Source of the DNA: Candidatus Magasanikiibacteriota bacterium
GTDB taxonomy: Bacteria; Patescibacteriota; Patescibacteriia; Magasanikbacterales; GWA2-37-8
NCBI GenBank assembly: GCA_041665405.1
Contig: JBAYIZ010000003.1
Coordinates: forward strand, 2,589-66,588
DNA: 64,000 bases
Direction of reading: 5' to 3'
Under the pieces are notes generated by a model. The model worked only from the letters and a program-made list of their open reading frames with translations. It was not told the DNA's origin and ran no database searches. Both the position numbers and the translations under genes were made by a program. Below, one piece after another: positions 19,863 to 28,346 of the stretch; positions within the stretch are counted from its first letter, which is position 1, and each line of letters starts with the position of its first letter.

Positions 19863-21347
19863 ATGCACATCACCAAAACCGACTACCTCGAATACACCTT
19901 CTGCAAAAAGAACCTCTGGCTCAAAAAACACAAACCAGAGCTTTTTGATGGTGTCGAATTATCGGAATTTGAAAAGAAAATAATCGAAGAGGGGAACATG
20001 GCCGATGAATCAGCCCGCCATTTGTTTCCTGGTGGTGTGTTGGTAGATAGTTTTGGAGAGGATGCCGTGCATGACACCGCCCAATACCTGGAGAAAAAAA
20101 CAGCGGTGATATTTCAAGCGACCTTTGCGCAAGATGTTTTTTATATTCGCGCGGATATTTTGGTTTATGATCAATCCCAAGATGGCTATGAGCTGTATGA
20201 GGTGAAGGCCAGCAATGATGTCAAAAGAAAAGAGCCACATCATTATATCAACGACCTAGCTTTTCAAAAAAGTGTGATTGAAAAAAGTGGTTTGAAAATT
20301 ATTAAAACTGGCGTGATTCATTTGAACAGTGAATACCAAAGAGCGGGGGAAATTGATTATGAAAAATTATTTGTGATAGTGGATCTCAGTGATGAAGTGT
20401 TGGCCTCGCAAGAAAAAGTGCAAGCCCAGATGGAGGATATTAAAAAATATTTAAACATGCCGGAAGAAAAAGGGTGTGAATGTTTGTATCGCGGAAGAAA
20501 TGCTCAATGTACTACCTTTGCTTATTCCAACCCAGAGGTGCCAGAATATTCGGTGCATGATATCAATCGGATTGGGGCGAGTAAAAAAATACTTAATGAT
20601 TGGATAGATAGAGGGATATATGCGATTGAAGATATAGACAATCCACAGGTGCTCACTGGGGCCAAGAAGGCGCAATATGATGCGTGCTCGCTAGGCAAAC
20701 CGATGATTGATGAGGTGGCGATAAAAGAGGCGCTGGACAAATTGGTTTGGCCTTTGTATTTTTTTGATTATGAAGGATTTGTAAGTGCGATTCCGATGTT
20801 TGATGGTTTTGGGGCGTATGAACAAATTCCTTTTCAATATTCTCTGCATATTATGCAAGCGGATGGGAGTATAGAACATAGGGAATTTTTGATTACCGAT
20901 CCCAAAGGAGATCTCACCCGACCGCTGGTGGAACGGATGAAACAGGATATTGATCCGCGCGGGACGGTGATCGCGTGGTATAGCACTTATGAAAAACAAC
21001 GCAATTTGAAATTGGCACAGTTGCATCCGGACTATGCGAAATTTTTGGAGGAAATAAATGAGGGGATGTTTGATCTGATGACTATTTTTTCGGAAAATCT
21101 TTATGTGGATTCGGCTTTCAAGGGGAGCGCGAGTATCAAAAGGGTGTTGCCGGTGATTGTGCCGGAGCTAAGTTATAAAAATTTAAATATTTCCAAAGGG
21201 GATCAGGCGAGTGAGCGGTGGGAGCGGATGATTGGCAGTGATACGCCGGCGGAGGAGAAGAGACAGATTGAGAAGGATTTGTTGGAGTATTGTAAGATGG
21301 ATACTTGGGCGATGGTGAGGATATGGGAGAGGTTGAGGAAAATATAA
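19863..21347 (+). CDS. DUF2779-family protein with Cas4/RecB-like PD-(D/E)xK nuclease N-terminal domain
   Basis: N-terminal ITKTDYLEYTFCKKNLWLKKHKPELF matches the DUF2779 opening (lSKS.f..g.qC.k.lWl). ...ADILVYDQSQDGYELYEVK... carries a D...ELYEVK (ExK) motif. Three GTATACT repeats lie upstream. Confidence 0.55.
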   Translation: MHITKTDYLEYTFCKKNLWLKKHKPELFDGVELSEFEKKIIEEGNMADESARHLFPGGVLVDSFGEDAVHDTAQYLEKKTAVIFQATFAQDVFYIRADILVYDQSQDGYELYEVKASNDVKRKEPHHYINDLAFQKSVIEKSGLKIIKTGVIHLNSEYQRAGEIDYEKLFVIVDLSDEVLASQEKVQAQMEDIKKYLNMPEEKGCECLYRGRNAQCTTFAYSNPEVPEYSVHDINRIGASKKILNDWIDRGIYAIEDIDNPQVLTGAKKAQYDACSLGKPMIDEVAIKEALDKLVWPLYFFDYEGFVSAIPMFDGFGAYEQIPFQYSLHIMQADGSIEHREFLITDPKGDLTRPLVERMKQDIDPRGTVIAWYSTYEKQRNLKLAQLHPDYAKFLEEINEGMFDLMTIFSENLYVDSAFKGSASIKRVLPVIVPELSYKNLNISKGDQASERWERMIGSDTPAEEKRQIEKDLLEYCKMDTWAMVRIWERLRKI

Positions 21348-21413
21348 AATAATAATTTTAAACCCATCTAATTCGATGGGTTTAAAAAGGGGCCGAATTC
21401 GACCCCTTTAAAA

Positions 21414-21450
21414 CCGACCATTGAGTCGGTTTTTTATTTTTGGTATAATA
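21414..21450 (+). promoter_or_regulatory. repeated terminator-hairpin + extended -10 promoter module, copy 1 (CCGACcattgaGTCGG-T6-ATTTTTGGTATAATA)
   Basis: Read directly. Two further hairpins (AAACCCATCtaattcGATGGGTTT; AGGGGCCgaattcGACCCCTTT) precede it after the DUF2779 gene. Confidence 0.6.
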
Positions 21451-21471
21451 TCCATTATTAAATATTTAATT

Positions 21472-22074
21472 ATGAACAAGGGGGAAATAAATATATTTTT
21501 AAAATACTTTGAAGATAAAAAACAAAGGACTATTGTAATAGTTGATTATGGGAATGTTGAAAAATGGAAACATTCACTAAGTTGGGATGTGGGTATTAGA
21601 GAATTAGCAAATTTAATAAAAAATTTTTCCGGCAAAGAATTTTTACGAAGATTTTATTATGGTGCGGATTATGGTAAAGAAGAAAAATCTAAAATATTAA
21701 CCTACTGGTCTAAAAAAGTTTTAGAAACCGCACACTTCAACAGATTCGATGTCCAACATAAAAGAGTAAAATATATACACGACCAAAACAACAAACATGG
21801 GTTTGCTAAAAAGTGTGATTTGGATGTCGAAATGGCGGTTGATTTAATTAAAGAAAGAGATAATTACGATACTATAATTATATTTTCTGGCGATGGTGAT
21901 TTAATGTACGCTATACGATATTTGGTAGAAAAATATAAAAAAAGATGTTATGTTTTTGGTGCACGCGACCATATTGGAAGAGAAGTATATGATGCAAAAA
22001 CTGATTGTTGCGTAACAGAAGTATTATATGTCGAAGATTTTGAATATCGCCTAAGCTCAACTAGATTTAAATAA
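21472..22074 (+). CDS. NYN-domain (LabA-like) predicted ribonuclease
   Basis: IVIVDYGNVEKW (VDgeN-like N-terminal acidic motif) and IIIFSGDGDLMYAIRYL...YVFGA (SGDGDf motif) are typical of PF01936. Start is taken at the ATG for MNKGEINIF; the upstream TTG is part of a repeated promoter module. Confidence 0.6.
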   Translation: MNKGEINIFLKYFEDKKQRTIVIVDYGNVEKWKHSLSWDVGIRELANLIKNFSGKEFLRRFYYGADYGKEEKSKILTYWSKKVLETAHFNRFDVQHKRVKYIHDQNNKHGFAKKCDLDVEMAVDLIKERDNYDTIIIFSGDGDLMYAIRYLVEKYKKRCYVFGARDHIGREVYDAKTDCCVTEVLYVEDFEYRLSSTRFK

Positions 22075-22240
22075 TAAGATACCAAAAATCAGAAACCCGC
22101 CTTTAGGGCGGGGATTCGATCAAAATACGGTAAGCCTATGGATTGCTCCACAACTTACATAGATATAATACATAATTTTGACTAATTCGTCAAGTTATCC
22201 ACAGGGAATAATATATTAGAAAATATTCATATATTAAAAT

Positions 22241-22278
22241 CGGCTATTGAGCCGGTTTTTTATTTTTGGTATAATACT
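22241..22278 (+). promoter_or_regulatory. repeated hairpin + extended -10 module, copy 2 (CGGCTattgAGCCGG-T6-ATTTTTGGTATAATA), upstream of tspO
   Basis: Read directly. The T-run and the TGGTATAAT are identical to copy 1. Confidence 0.6.
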
Positions 22279-22299
22279 TACATATTTAAAAAAATAATT

Positions 22300-22776
22300 A
22301 TGAAAATAAATAACCCATCCAAACTTATCGTCGCCATTATCGTTTCCGAACTTGCCGGCATCATCGGTTCGGTGTTCACAACTCCATCCATTGCCGGCTG
22401 GTACTCAGAAATTGTAAAACCAACTCTAAATCCGCCCGCATGGGTCTTTGGACCAGTTTGGACAACATTGTTTGCTCTCATGGGTATTTCGGCATTCTTG
22501 ATTTGGAAGAAAGGGCTGAATCGCAAGGATGTTAAAATAGCTCTCGGTATATTTTTTGGTCAACTTATTTTAAACACGCTTTGGTCAATTATTTTTTTCG
22601 GTCTACACAGTCCAGGTGGTGCGTTGATTGAGATTATTTTCCTCTGGCTTGCCATTCTTGCCACGATTATCTTTTTTGCAAAAATCTCCAAACCGGCTGC
22701 TTGGCTTCTTTTGCCGTATATTCTTTGGGTAAGTTTTGCGATGTATTTAAATTACGCTATTTGGGTATTGAATTAA
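22300..22776 (+). CDS. tspO: TspO/MBR family tryptophan-rich sensory protein
   Basis: Five TM helices with the conserved W-rich pattern ...GWYSEIVKPTLNPPAWVFGPVWTTLFALMGISAFLIW.... Size is 158 aa. Confidence 0.85.
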   Translation: MKINNPSKLIVAIIVSELAGIIGSVFTTPSIAGWYSEIVKPTLNPPAWVFGPVWTTLFALMGISAFLIWKKGLNRKDVKIALGIFFGQLILNTLWSIIFFGLHSPGGALIEIIFLWLAILATIIFFAKISKPAAWLLLPYILWVSFAMYLNYAIWVLN

Positions 22777-22807
22777 AATCGGAGCTTAATACGAATTATT
22801 TAAATTT

Positions 22808-23413
22808 ATGAAAACAAGAATCTGTATATTTGGAGCAAGTACAACCTGGGGTATGCGAGATAACGAAGGTGGTGGATGGGTTGGGCGACTACGAAAATAT
22901 TTTGAAACTAATAATTATGATACTCGGGTTTATAATTTGGGTATTCCTGGGGATACTACTACTGACCTACTAAAAAGATTTGAAGTTGAATGCGAAGCTA
23001 GAAAACCTGATGTGATAATTTTTGGAATAGGAGCAAATGATGCATGCTATATTAATACTGAAAAAAACATGATGACCTCATTGAGACAATTTAACAAAAA
23101 TTTTTCAAAGCTAATTAAAAAAGCAAAAAAGATTACAAATAAAATCATATTGGTAGGGCTAACAAAAGTGGAAGAAATCAAATCTATGCCCATTCTCTTA
23201 AACAAGCAAAAATTTTGTTCAAATGCAAATATAATTAAATATGATTTGGCTATAAATGAAGCAGGCAAAATACATAGCGTGCCATTCATATCTTTGATTG
23301 ATTTATTAACTCCAAAGGATTTGAGCGATGATGGTCGTCATCCAAATTCAAAAGGGCATGAAAAAATGTTTTTGAAAATAAAGGATTATTTACTGGTTAA
23401 TAAAATTGTATAA
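22808..23413 (+). CDS. SGNH/GDSL-family hydrolase (lipase/acylesterase-like)
   Basis: Block I ICIFGASTTWG (catalytic Ser), block III GIGANDA, block V DDGRHPN (Asp/His). Confidence 0.75.
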   Translation: MKTRICIFGASTTWGMRDNEGGGWVGRLRKYFETNNYDTRVYNLGIPGDTTTDLLKRFEVECEARKPDVIIFGIGANDACYINTEKNMMTSLRQFNKNFSKLIKKAKKITNKIILVGLTKVEEIKSMPILLNKQKFCSNANIIKYDLAINEAGKIHSVPFISLIDLLTPKDLSDDGRHPNSKGHEKMFLKIKDYLLVNKIV

Positions 23414-23477
23414 AAAAAGAGTTTGAAAACAAACAAAAAACACGCCAAAATTATTAGCGTGTTTTATTTATTCTTCA

Positions 23478-23538
23478 AGATCGCTCTCGTTTTTATCACA
23501 AATATATTATGATAAAAACGAGTTGGAGCGATCTTGAG
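23478..23538. repeat. long inverted repeat (~25-bp arms) forming a strong hairpin at the low-GC/high-GC junction
   Basis: TCAAGATCGCTCtCGTTTTTATCA...TGATAAAAACGAGttgGAGCGATCTTGA read directly. It lies directly 3' of the minus-strand cupin gene. Confidence 0.7.
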
Positions 23539-23570
23539 ACCGAACCTTCCCGTCCTCGATGAGGGTCGGC

Positions 23571-23936
23571 CTACAGATGGGTGGCCGGGAAGTTCTTCTG
23601 GTCCTCGAAGGTGACGGGCATGTAGCCCACCAAGATCATACCAGCCGAACAGGCGAGAACATGCTCCTCGCCAGGCTCGAACATGAACATGGTCGGAGCC
23701 ATGATGACATGGTCCCACACGCCTCCGTTCTCGGTCCACGTGCGCACCCTGCAGCGCCCCTTGACCAGGAAGAACCCCTCGACATGGGCATGCGAGTGGT
23801 TGCCCAACCTCACGCCTTTGGACTTGGTGATGAGTACCTTGCTCTCCACCGGCTTGGGGAAATAAGGTGGCGGACGAAAAGCCGTCAAATCCCGCCGGGA
23901 ATCACTGTGGCTGTCCGCCACGAGAAAAATCTGCAT
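23571..23936 (-). CDS. cupin-fold WxcM/FdtA-like (sugar 3,4-ketoisomerase-like) domain protein encoded on a ~60% GC segment
   Basis: 121 aa. ...LGNHSHAHVEGFFLVKGRCRV... parallels FdtA RGFHAHKKLEQVLVCLNGSCRV. The downstream ...PGEEHVLACSAGMILVGYMPVTFED parallels ...WHEM..FS.D.V.MVLAS.YYDE. GC content of 23540-23940 is far above the surrounding ~30%. The plus-frame ORF 23559..24692 is an antisense artefact of GC-rich DNA. Confidence 0.5.
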   Translation of the reverse strand: MQIFLVADSHSDSRRDLTAFRPPPYFPKPVESKVLITKSKGVRLGNHSHAHVEGFFLVKGRCRVRTWTENGGVWDHVIMAPTMFMFEPGEEHVLACSAGMILVGYMPVTFEDQKNFPATHL

Positions 23937-24028
23937 GATTTAGTTTGTCCTCCCATCTTTGGTCGCATGATTGCGACTATTCTTTTTATCAAAAAACTGG
24001 GTTTCTGTCAAGAATACGAAATAATCAA

Positions 24029-24066
24029 CCGACCATTGAGTCGGTTTTTTATTTTTGGTATAATAT
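24029..24066 (+). promoter_or_regulatory. repeated hairpin + extended -10 module, copy 3, upstream of the DUF3800 gene
   Basis: CCGACCATTGAGTCGGTTTTTTATTTTTGGTATAATA, identical to copy 1 over 36 nt. Confidence 0.6.
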
Positions 24067-24071
24067 ACCTT

Positions 24072-24692
24072 ATGAATATATATTTAGACGAATCATACAA
24101 TTTACAAAAATCTAAAGGTAAAATGTTTATTAGTATCAATGGTTTTTCTGTTCTAAATGCCGAACGGTTGAGAAAACGCTGGAAACATATTCGACAACCA
24201 TATACAAAACACAAGCGTCGTATTCATGCAACAGATCCTTTCTTTGAAGGTTTGCGAAGTAAAAGTATTCCACTACTAAAGGCAAATGATATAATGATAA
24301 TATCTGTATTTCAAATTGTACAGGAAATTCCTTACGATTATTTTGATAATAATAAAATGAATTTTGAAGTTGTTTATGCTGAATTACTAAAACAACTATT
24401 AAAAGAACTTTCGCTTAACGAATACAAACAAACTAAAATTATAATCGACTCTCGCAAACACAAAGGGGGGATTGCTGGAGCAACCAATTTTCAACAAGAA
24501 ATTAATAATTTTTTGAAAAATAAATTTCCAGGTACTGTATGTTCATTTTTACCTACACCTTCATATTTAGATGTACTTGTTGAATTGGCTGATTTCGTTT
24601 CTAATACTTTTTATAAAAACTACCAAAAAGGAGATGACACTATATTTAAACAGCTCGGATATCGACTTATACAAATAAAAAACCCGCTATAA
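24072..24692 (+). CDS. DUF3800-family protein
   Basis: Starts MNIYLDESYNL..., matching the DUF3800 N-terminal IYIDESG-type motif. The ATG sits 7 nt after a repeated TGGTATAATA promoter module. 206 aa. Confidence 0.5.
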   Translation: MNIYLDESYNLQKSKGKMFISINGFSVLNAERLRKRWKHIRQPYTKHKRRIHATDPFFEGLRSKSIPLLKANDIMIISVFQIVQEIPYDYFDNNKMNFEVVYAELLKQLLKELSLNEYKQTKIIIDSRKHKGGIAGATNFQQEINNFLKNKFPGTVCSFLPTPSYLDVLVELADFVSNTFYKNYQKGDDTIFKQLGYRLIQIKNPL

Positions 24693-24855
24693 AAGCGGAT
24701 TTAGTAAGAGCCTTTTGGGAGTGTCTCTGCTTCATCGGGATGTTCTTGATGAGAACGCCCTCCACAAAGCTTTACCCTAAGGACTTATCTTCTGAAGATA
24801 TTATCACACAAAAAGGTTGTTTTGTCAATGTGTGTGGATAACTAACATGCAATAA

Positions 24856-24890
24856 AATCGGCTATTGAGCCGGTTTTTTTTATCTGCTAT
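24856..24890 (+). promoter_or_regulatory. repeated hairpin + -10 module, copy 4 (CGGCTATTGAGCCGG-T8-ATCTGCTATACT), upstream of the Cys-rich peptide
   Basis: Hairpin identical to copy 2; the -10 is diverged to TATACT. Confidence 0.5.
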
Positions 24891-24898
24891 ACTATGGA

Positions 24899-25039
24899 TA
24901 TATGGCTAAATGTGTAAATTGCGGGAAACCGCTAGAACACGAGGACGACAGCTGTTTGTGCAATACCAGCGTTTGTCCAACTTGCTGTGACTGCCATAAA
25001 GAATGTGGTTGTAATTGCAAGGAACGCACCGAAAAGTAA
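24899..25039 (+). CDS. small cysteine-rich peptide (46 aa, 11 Cys; zinc-ribbon/metallothionein-like)
   Basis: Read directly as MAKCVNCGKPLEHEDDSCLCNNTSVCPTCCDCHKECGCNCKERTEK. Below the ORF-track size cut-off. It lies immediately downstream of the fourth copy of the hairpin/-10 module. Confidence 0.45.
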   Translation, partial: YMAKCVNCGKPLEHEDDSCLCNTSVCPTCCDCHKECGCNCKERTEK

Positions 25040-25089
25040 GTTAAAATAAAAATTGCCCAGAAGAGTCGTAATCCACTCTAAATTTTGTT

Positions 25090-27999
25090 ATGGCCAAACT
25101 AAATGAAAATCAATTGAAAGCGGTCGAATACAATGACGGTCCGCTTTTGATTATTGCAGGAGCTGGTACTGGTAAAACCACCGTGATTACCAAAAAAATT
25201 TCTCATCTCATCACTCACAAACTCGCCAAAACGCAAGAAATTTTGGCCGTGACCTTTACCGAAAAAGCTACCAAAGAAATGGAAGACCGTGTGACTGATT
25301 TATTATCTACCGGCGGATTTGATGTTTTTATTACTACCTTTCACGGACTGGCTCAACGCATTTTGGAAAGTCATGCACTAGATATTGGATTGCCAAATAA
25401 TTTTAAACTTCTCAACGAAACTGAAGTTTGGCTTTTGATTCGAAAAAATTTGGATAAATTTGAATTGGATTATTACCGACCACTGGGCAACCCAACCAAA
25501 TTTATTCATGCCATGATAAAACATTTTCAAAAATGCAAAGATGAATTGATTGCACCGGAAAATTATTTGGAATATGCGGAGAGCTTGGATACAGATTTGG
25601 CCGATGAAGAAAAAGCTTTGGAAATAAAAAGAATAAAAGAATTAGCCAAAGCATACAAACTCTACAACCAATTATTGTTAGACAACGACACCATGGATTT
25701 TGCCGACCTGATGTTTTATGCGGTGAAATTATTGCGCGAACGGCCAAACATTTTGAAATTTTATCATCAAAAATTTAAATATATTTTGGTGGACGAATTT
25801 CAAGATACCAATTGGTCTCAATATGAATTGATAAAATTACTGACCAAAAACGAAGAGGTGAAATTGACAGTAGTGGGGGATGATGACCAAAGTATTTACA
25901 AATTCCGCGGCGCCTCTATTTCCAATATTTTGCAATTCAAAACTGATTTTCCCAAGTGCCAAGAAGTGGTGTTGGCCGAAAATTATCGTTCGGGACAAAA
26001 GATTTTGGATTTGGCGTACAATTTTATTCAACTCAACAATCCGGATCGTCTAGAAGACAGATTAAAAATAAATAAAAAATTAATTTGCAAAAAAGATTTC
26101 ACGGGTGAATTTGATTTGATTTACGCGCAAGACGAAAGTGAAGAAGCACATTTGTTGGTAGAGAAAATTAAAACGCTCAAGCAAACCCACGAATGCAACT
26201 GGTCCGATTTTGCAATTTTGTGCCGTGCCAAAAGTTATGCCCAACAATTTATTCCATATTTAGAACAAGCGGGGATACCATATATATTTCAAGCGACCAG
26301 CGGATTGTTTCGCCAAAAAGCCATTCTAGATAGTATGGCCTATTTGCGTTTGTGCGATAACTACCATGAATCTAGCGCGGTATATAGACTATTGAGTACA
26401 CCCGTCTTTGGGCTAGACCACAATGATATTTCCAAAATATTATTGTTTGCTCGTGAACATACGCTGTCCTATTTTGAAGTGTTGAACAATATTGAAAAAG
26501 AACATTTGAAAATATCCGCAGATGGGACAGAGAAAGCAAAAAAATTATTATCGGTAATAAACAAAGGGGCAGAACTGGCTCATACCAATCCAGTTGGCAA
26601 AGTATTGTACAATTTTTGGGAGGCTTCGGGATATTTGAAATTATTGAGCGACAATCCAGAAAAATATCAAGCGAACATTTTTAATTTGCAATCTTTATTT
26701 TCCAAAATAGAAGATTTTCAAAACAGCAATATTGATACCACGGTTCACGCCTGGCTAAATTATTTTGATTTTATTTTGGAATCCGGTGACGATGGCGAAG
26801 ATATGCAGATAGATAGTAGCGAAGATGCGGTGCAAATTTTGAGTATTCACAAATCCAAAGGTTTAGAATTTGATTTCGTGTTTGTGCCAAATCTAGTGGA
26901 CCAAAGATTTCCAACTATTGGGCGACATACCGACATTGATCTACCCGATGCTCTCGTACGCGAAGGTGCACTGCCTAGTGGTGATGTCCATCTCCAGGAA
27001 GAAAGACGACTGATGTATGTCGCTATCACTCGTGCCAAAAAAGGAATATTTTTTACTGCCGCCAAAGATTACGGTGGCGCGCGCGAGAAAAAATTATCCA
27101 AATTTATTTTTGAAATGGAAGAGACGAACAAGACACCATTAAGTCGCGAGTCAGTGTCCACGCACAAAAATATTGCTTTCAAAACTGCCCAACAAAATGA
27201 TGAGCGTCCTGCTCTGAATTTGCCATTGCCTACAGAATTTTCTTTCTCCCAACTTCAAGCGTATGATAAATGTCCTTGGCAATATCGCTATCAGTTTATT
27301 TTGAAGATTCCGACTTTTGGAAAAGGTGTATTTGTGTTTGGCAAAACTATGCACAGCACTTTGCAAAAATTTTATCAGCAAGTGATGGAATTAAATCCAG
27401 ACCATAAAAATAATTTAGATACAAAAATAAAAGTGCCGACCAAAGATGAGCTCTACGATTTTTATCAATCTTCATGGCAAGACACTTGGTATTATTCTCC
27501 CGAACAAAAAAAGGAATACCGTGAGATGGGTATGAAAATTTTGGAGACATTTTATGCGCAAGGAGAAAAAGAAGGATGGACTGTGCCAGTCACTTTGGAA
27601 TCTAGTTTCAAATTTCGACTTGGCGATCATGTGATAAAAGGCACGGTAGATCGTATTGATAGAATGCCAGACGGCAAAATCGCCATTATCGATTACAAGA
27701 CCGGCAAACCAAAAGATAAATTAAAAAAAGAAGACAAACGCCAATTATTGATCTACCAAATTGCTAGTGAAAGTGCTTTAGAATTGCGAGATTTGGGAGA
27801 AGTGGGGGAGTTGAGATATTATTTTTTAAACGATAACACCGCAATCGGATTCAAAGGTACAGACAAAGAAATCGAAAAGGAAAAAGAATATACTATCAAT
27901 TCCATCGCTGAAATAAAAAAACAAAATTTCACTCCCAATCCGAGTGAGCACAATTGTCAGCATTGTGATTTTAAAGATATTTGTGATTTTCGTGTATGA
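25090..27999 (+). CDS. UvrD/PcrA-family SF1 helicase fused to a C-terminal Cas4/RecB-like PD-(D/E)xK nuclease with Fe-S cysteines (AddA-like)
   Basis: Helicase motifs LLIIAGAGTGKT (I), VDEFQDTN (II), ...VGDDDQSIYKFRGA (III), ILSIHKSKGLEFD (V), MYVAITRAK (VI). The C-terminus carries ...CPWQYRYQFILKIP..., GTVDRIDRM...IIDYKTGK (D..ExK) and a terminal CQHCDFKDICDF cysteine cluster. Confidence 0.85.
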   Translation: MAKLNENQLKAVEYNDGPLLIIAGAGTGKTTVITKKISHLITHKLAKTQEILAVTFTEKATKEMEDRVTDLLSTGGFDVFITTFHGLAQRILESHALDIGLPNNFKLLNETEVWLLIRKNLDKFELDYYRPLGNPTKFIHAMIKHFQKCKDELIAPENYLEYAESLDTDLADEEKALEIKRIKELAKAYKLYNQLLLDNDTMDFADLMFYAVKLLRERPNILKFYHQKFKYILVDEFQDTNWSQYELIKLLTKNEEVKLTVVGDDDQSIYKFRGASISNILQFKTDFPKCQEVVLAENYRSGQKILDLAYNFIQLNNPDRLEDRLKINKKLICKKDFTGEFDLIYAQDESEEAHLLVEKIKTLKQTHECNWSDFAILCRAKSYAQQFIPYLEQAGIPYIFQATSGLFRQKAILDSMAYLRLCDNYHESSAVYRLLSTPVFGLDHNDISKILLFAREHTLSYFEVLNNIEKEHLKISADGTEKAKKLLSVINKGAELAHTNPVGKVLYNFWEASGYLKLLSDNPEKYQANIFNLQSLFSKIEDFQNSNIDTTVHAWLNYFDFILESGDDGEDMQIDSSEDAVQILSIHKSKGLEFDFVFVPNLVDQRFPTIGRHTDIDLPDALVREGALPSGDVHLQEERRLMYVAITRAKKGIFFTAAKDYGGAREKKLSKFIFEMEETNKTPLSRESVSTHKNIAFKTAQQNDERPALNLPLPTEFSFSQLQAYDKCPWQYRYQFILKIPTFGKGVFVFGKTMHSTLQKFYQQVMELNPDHKNNLDTKIKVPTKDELYDFYQSSWQDTWYYSPEQKKEYREMGMKILETFYAQGEKEGWTVPVTLESSFKFRLGDHVIKGTVDRIDRMPDGKIAIIDYKTGKPKDKLKKEDKRQLLIYQIASESALELRDLGEVGELRYYFLNDNTAIGFKGTDKEIEKEKEYTINSIAEIKKQNFTPNPSEHNCQHCDFKDICDFRV

Positions 28000-28289
28000 T
28001 GAAATCAATGGGAGAAATTTTATTATCCAAAGGTAGAAAATCGCCATTCATGCAAGGCGTACTTTCTGCTGCCGCCGTGGACATGGCCAATATTTTTATC
28101 GAAGATTATTGGGGAGAAGAAGGCAAAAAACTAGCCAAAGCGATGTACGTGAAGAACGGAAATCTGGTGATAGCCTGTCTAAGCTCTATCATGGCTCAAG
28201 AAATTCGCATGCGAGAAGCAGATCTCATCAGTAAGGTAAATTCCAAGTGTGGCAGTTCGATGGTTCGAAACGTCCGTTATTTGTCCTAA
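27996..28289 (+). CDS. small DUF721/DciA-like protein (tentative)
   Basis: 97 aa; the pattern ...VKNGNLVIACLSSIMAQEIRMREADLISKVN... resembles DUF721. Weak assignment. Confidence 0.3.
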   Translation: MMKSMGEILLSKGRKSPFMQGVLSAAAVDMANIFIEDYWGEEGKKLAKAMYVKNGNLVIACLSSIMAQEIRMREADLISKVNSKCGSSMVRNVRYLS

Positions 28290-28346
28290 ATTAGCCAAAT
28301 TTAGTGACTTGTCAAACAGCTTTTTTTGGTGTAATCTTAATAGACT

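Noticed and set aside
23559-24071. 377-aa plus-strand ORF (23559..24692) running through the GC-rich segment
   Set aside because: Its first ~170 codons are the stop-poor antisense of the GC-rich cupin gene, and the next stretch is a translation of the hairpin/-10 promoter module (…LSRFFIFGII…). The real gene is the DUF3800 ORF starting at the ATG at 24072.
17798-24841. Interpreting the TTATCCACA boxes as a chromosomal replication origin
   Set aside because: The boxes are single and dispersed over 24 kb, each next to a promoter. There is no dnaA/dnaN gene, no AT-rich DUE with clustered boxes, and genes remain co-directional across them.
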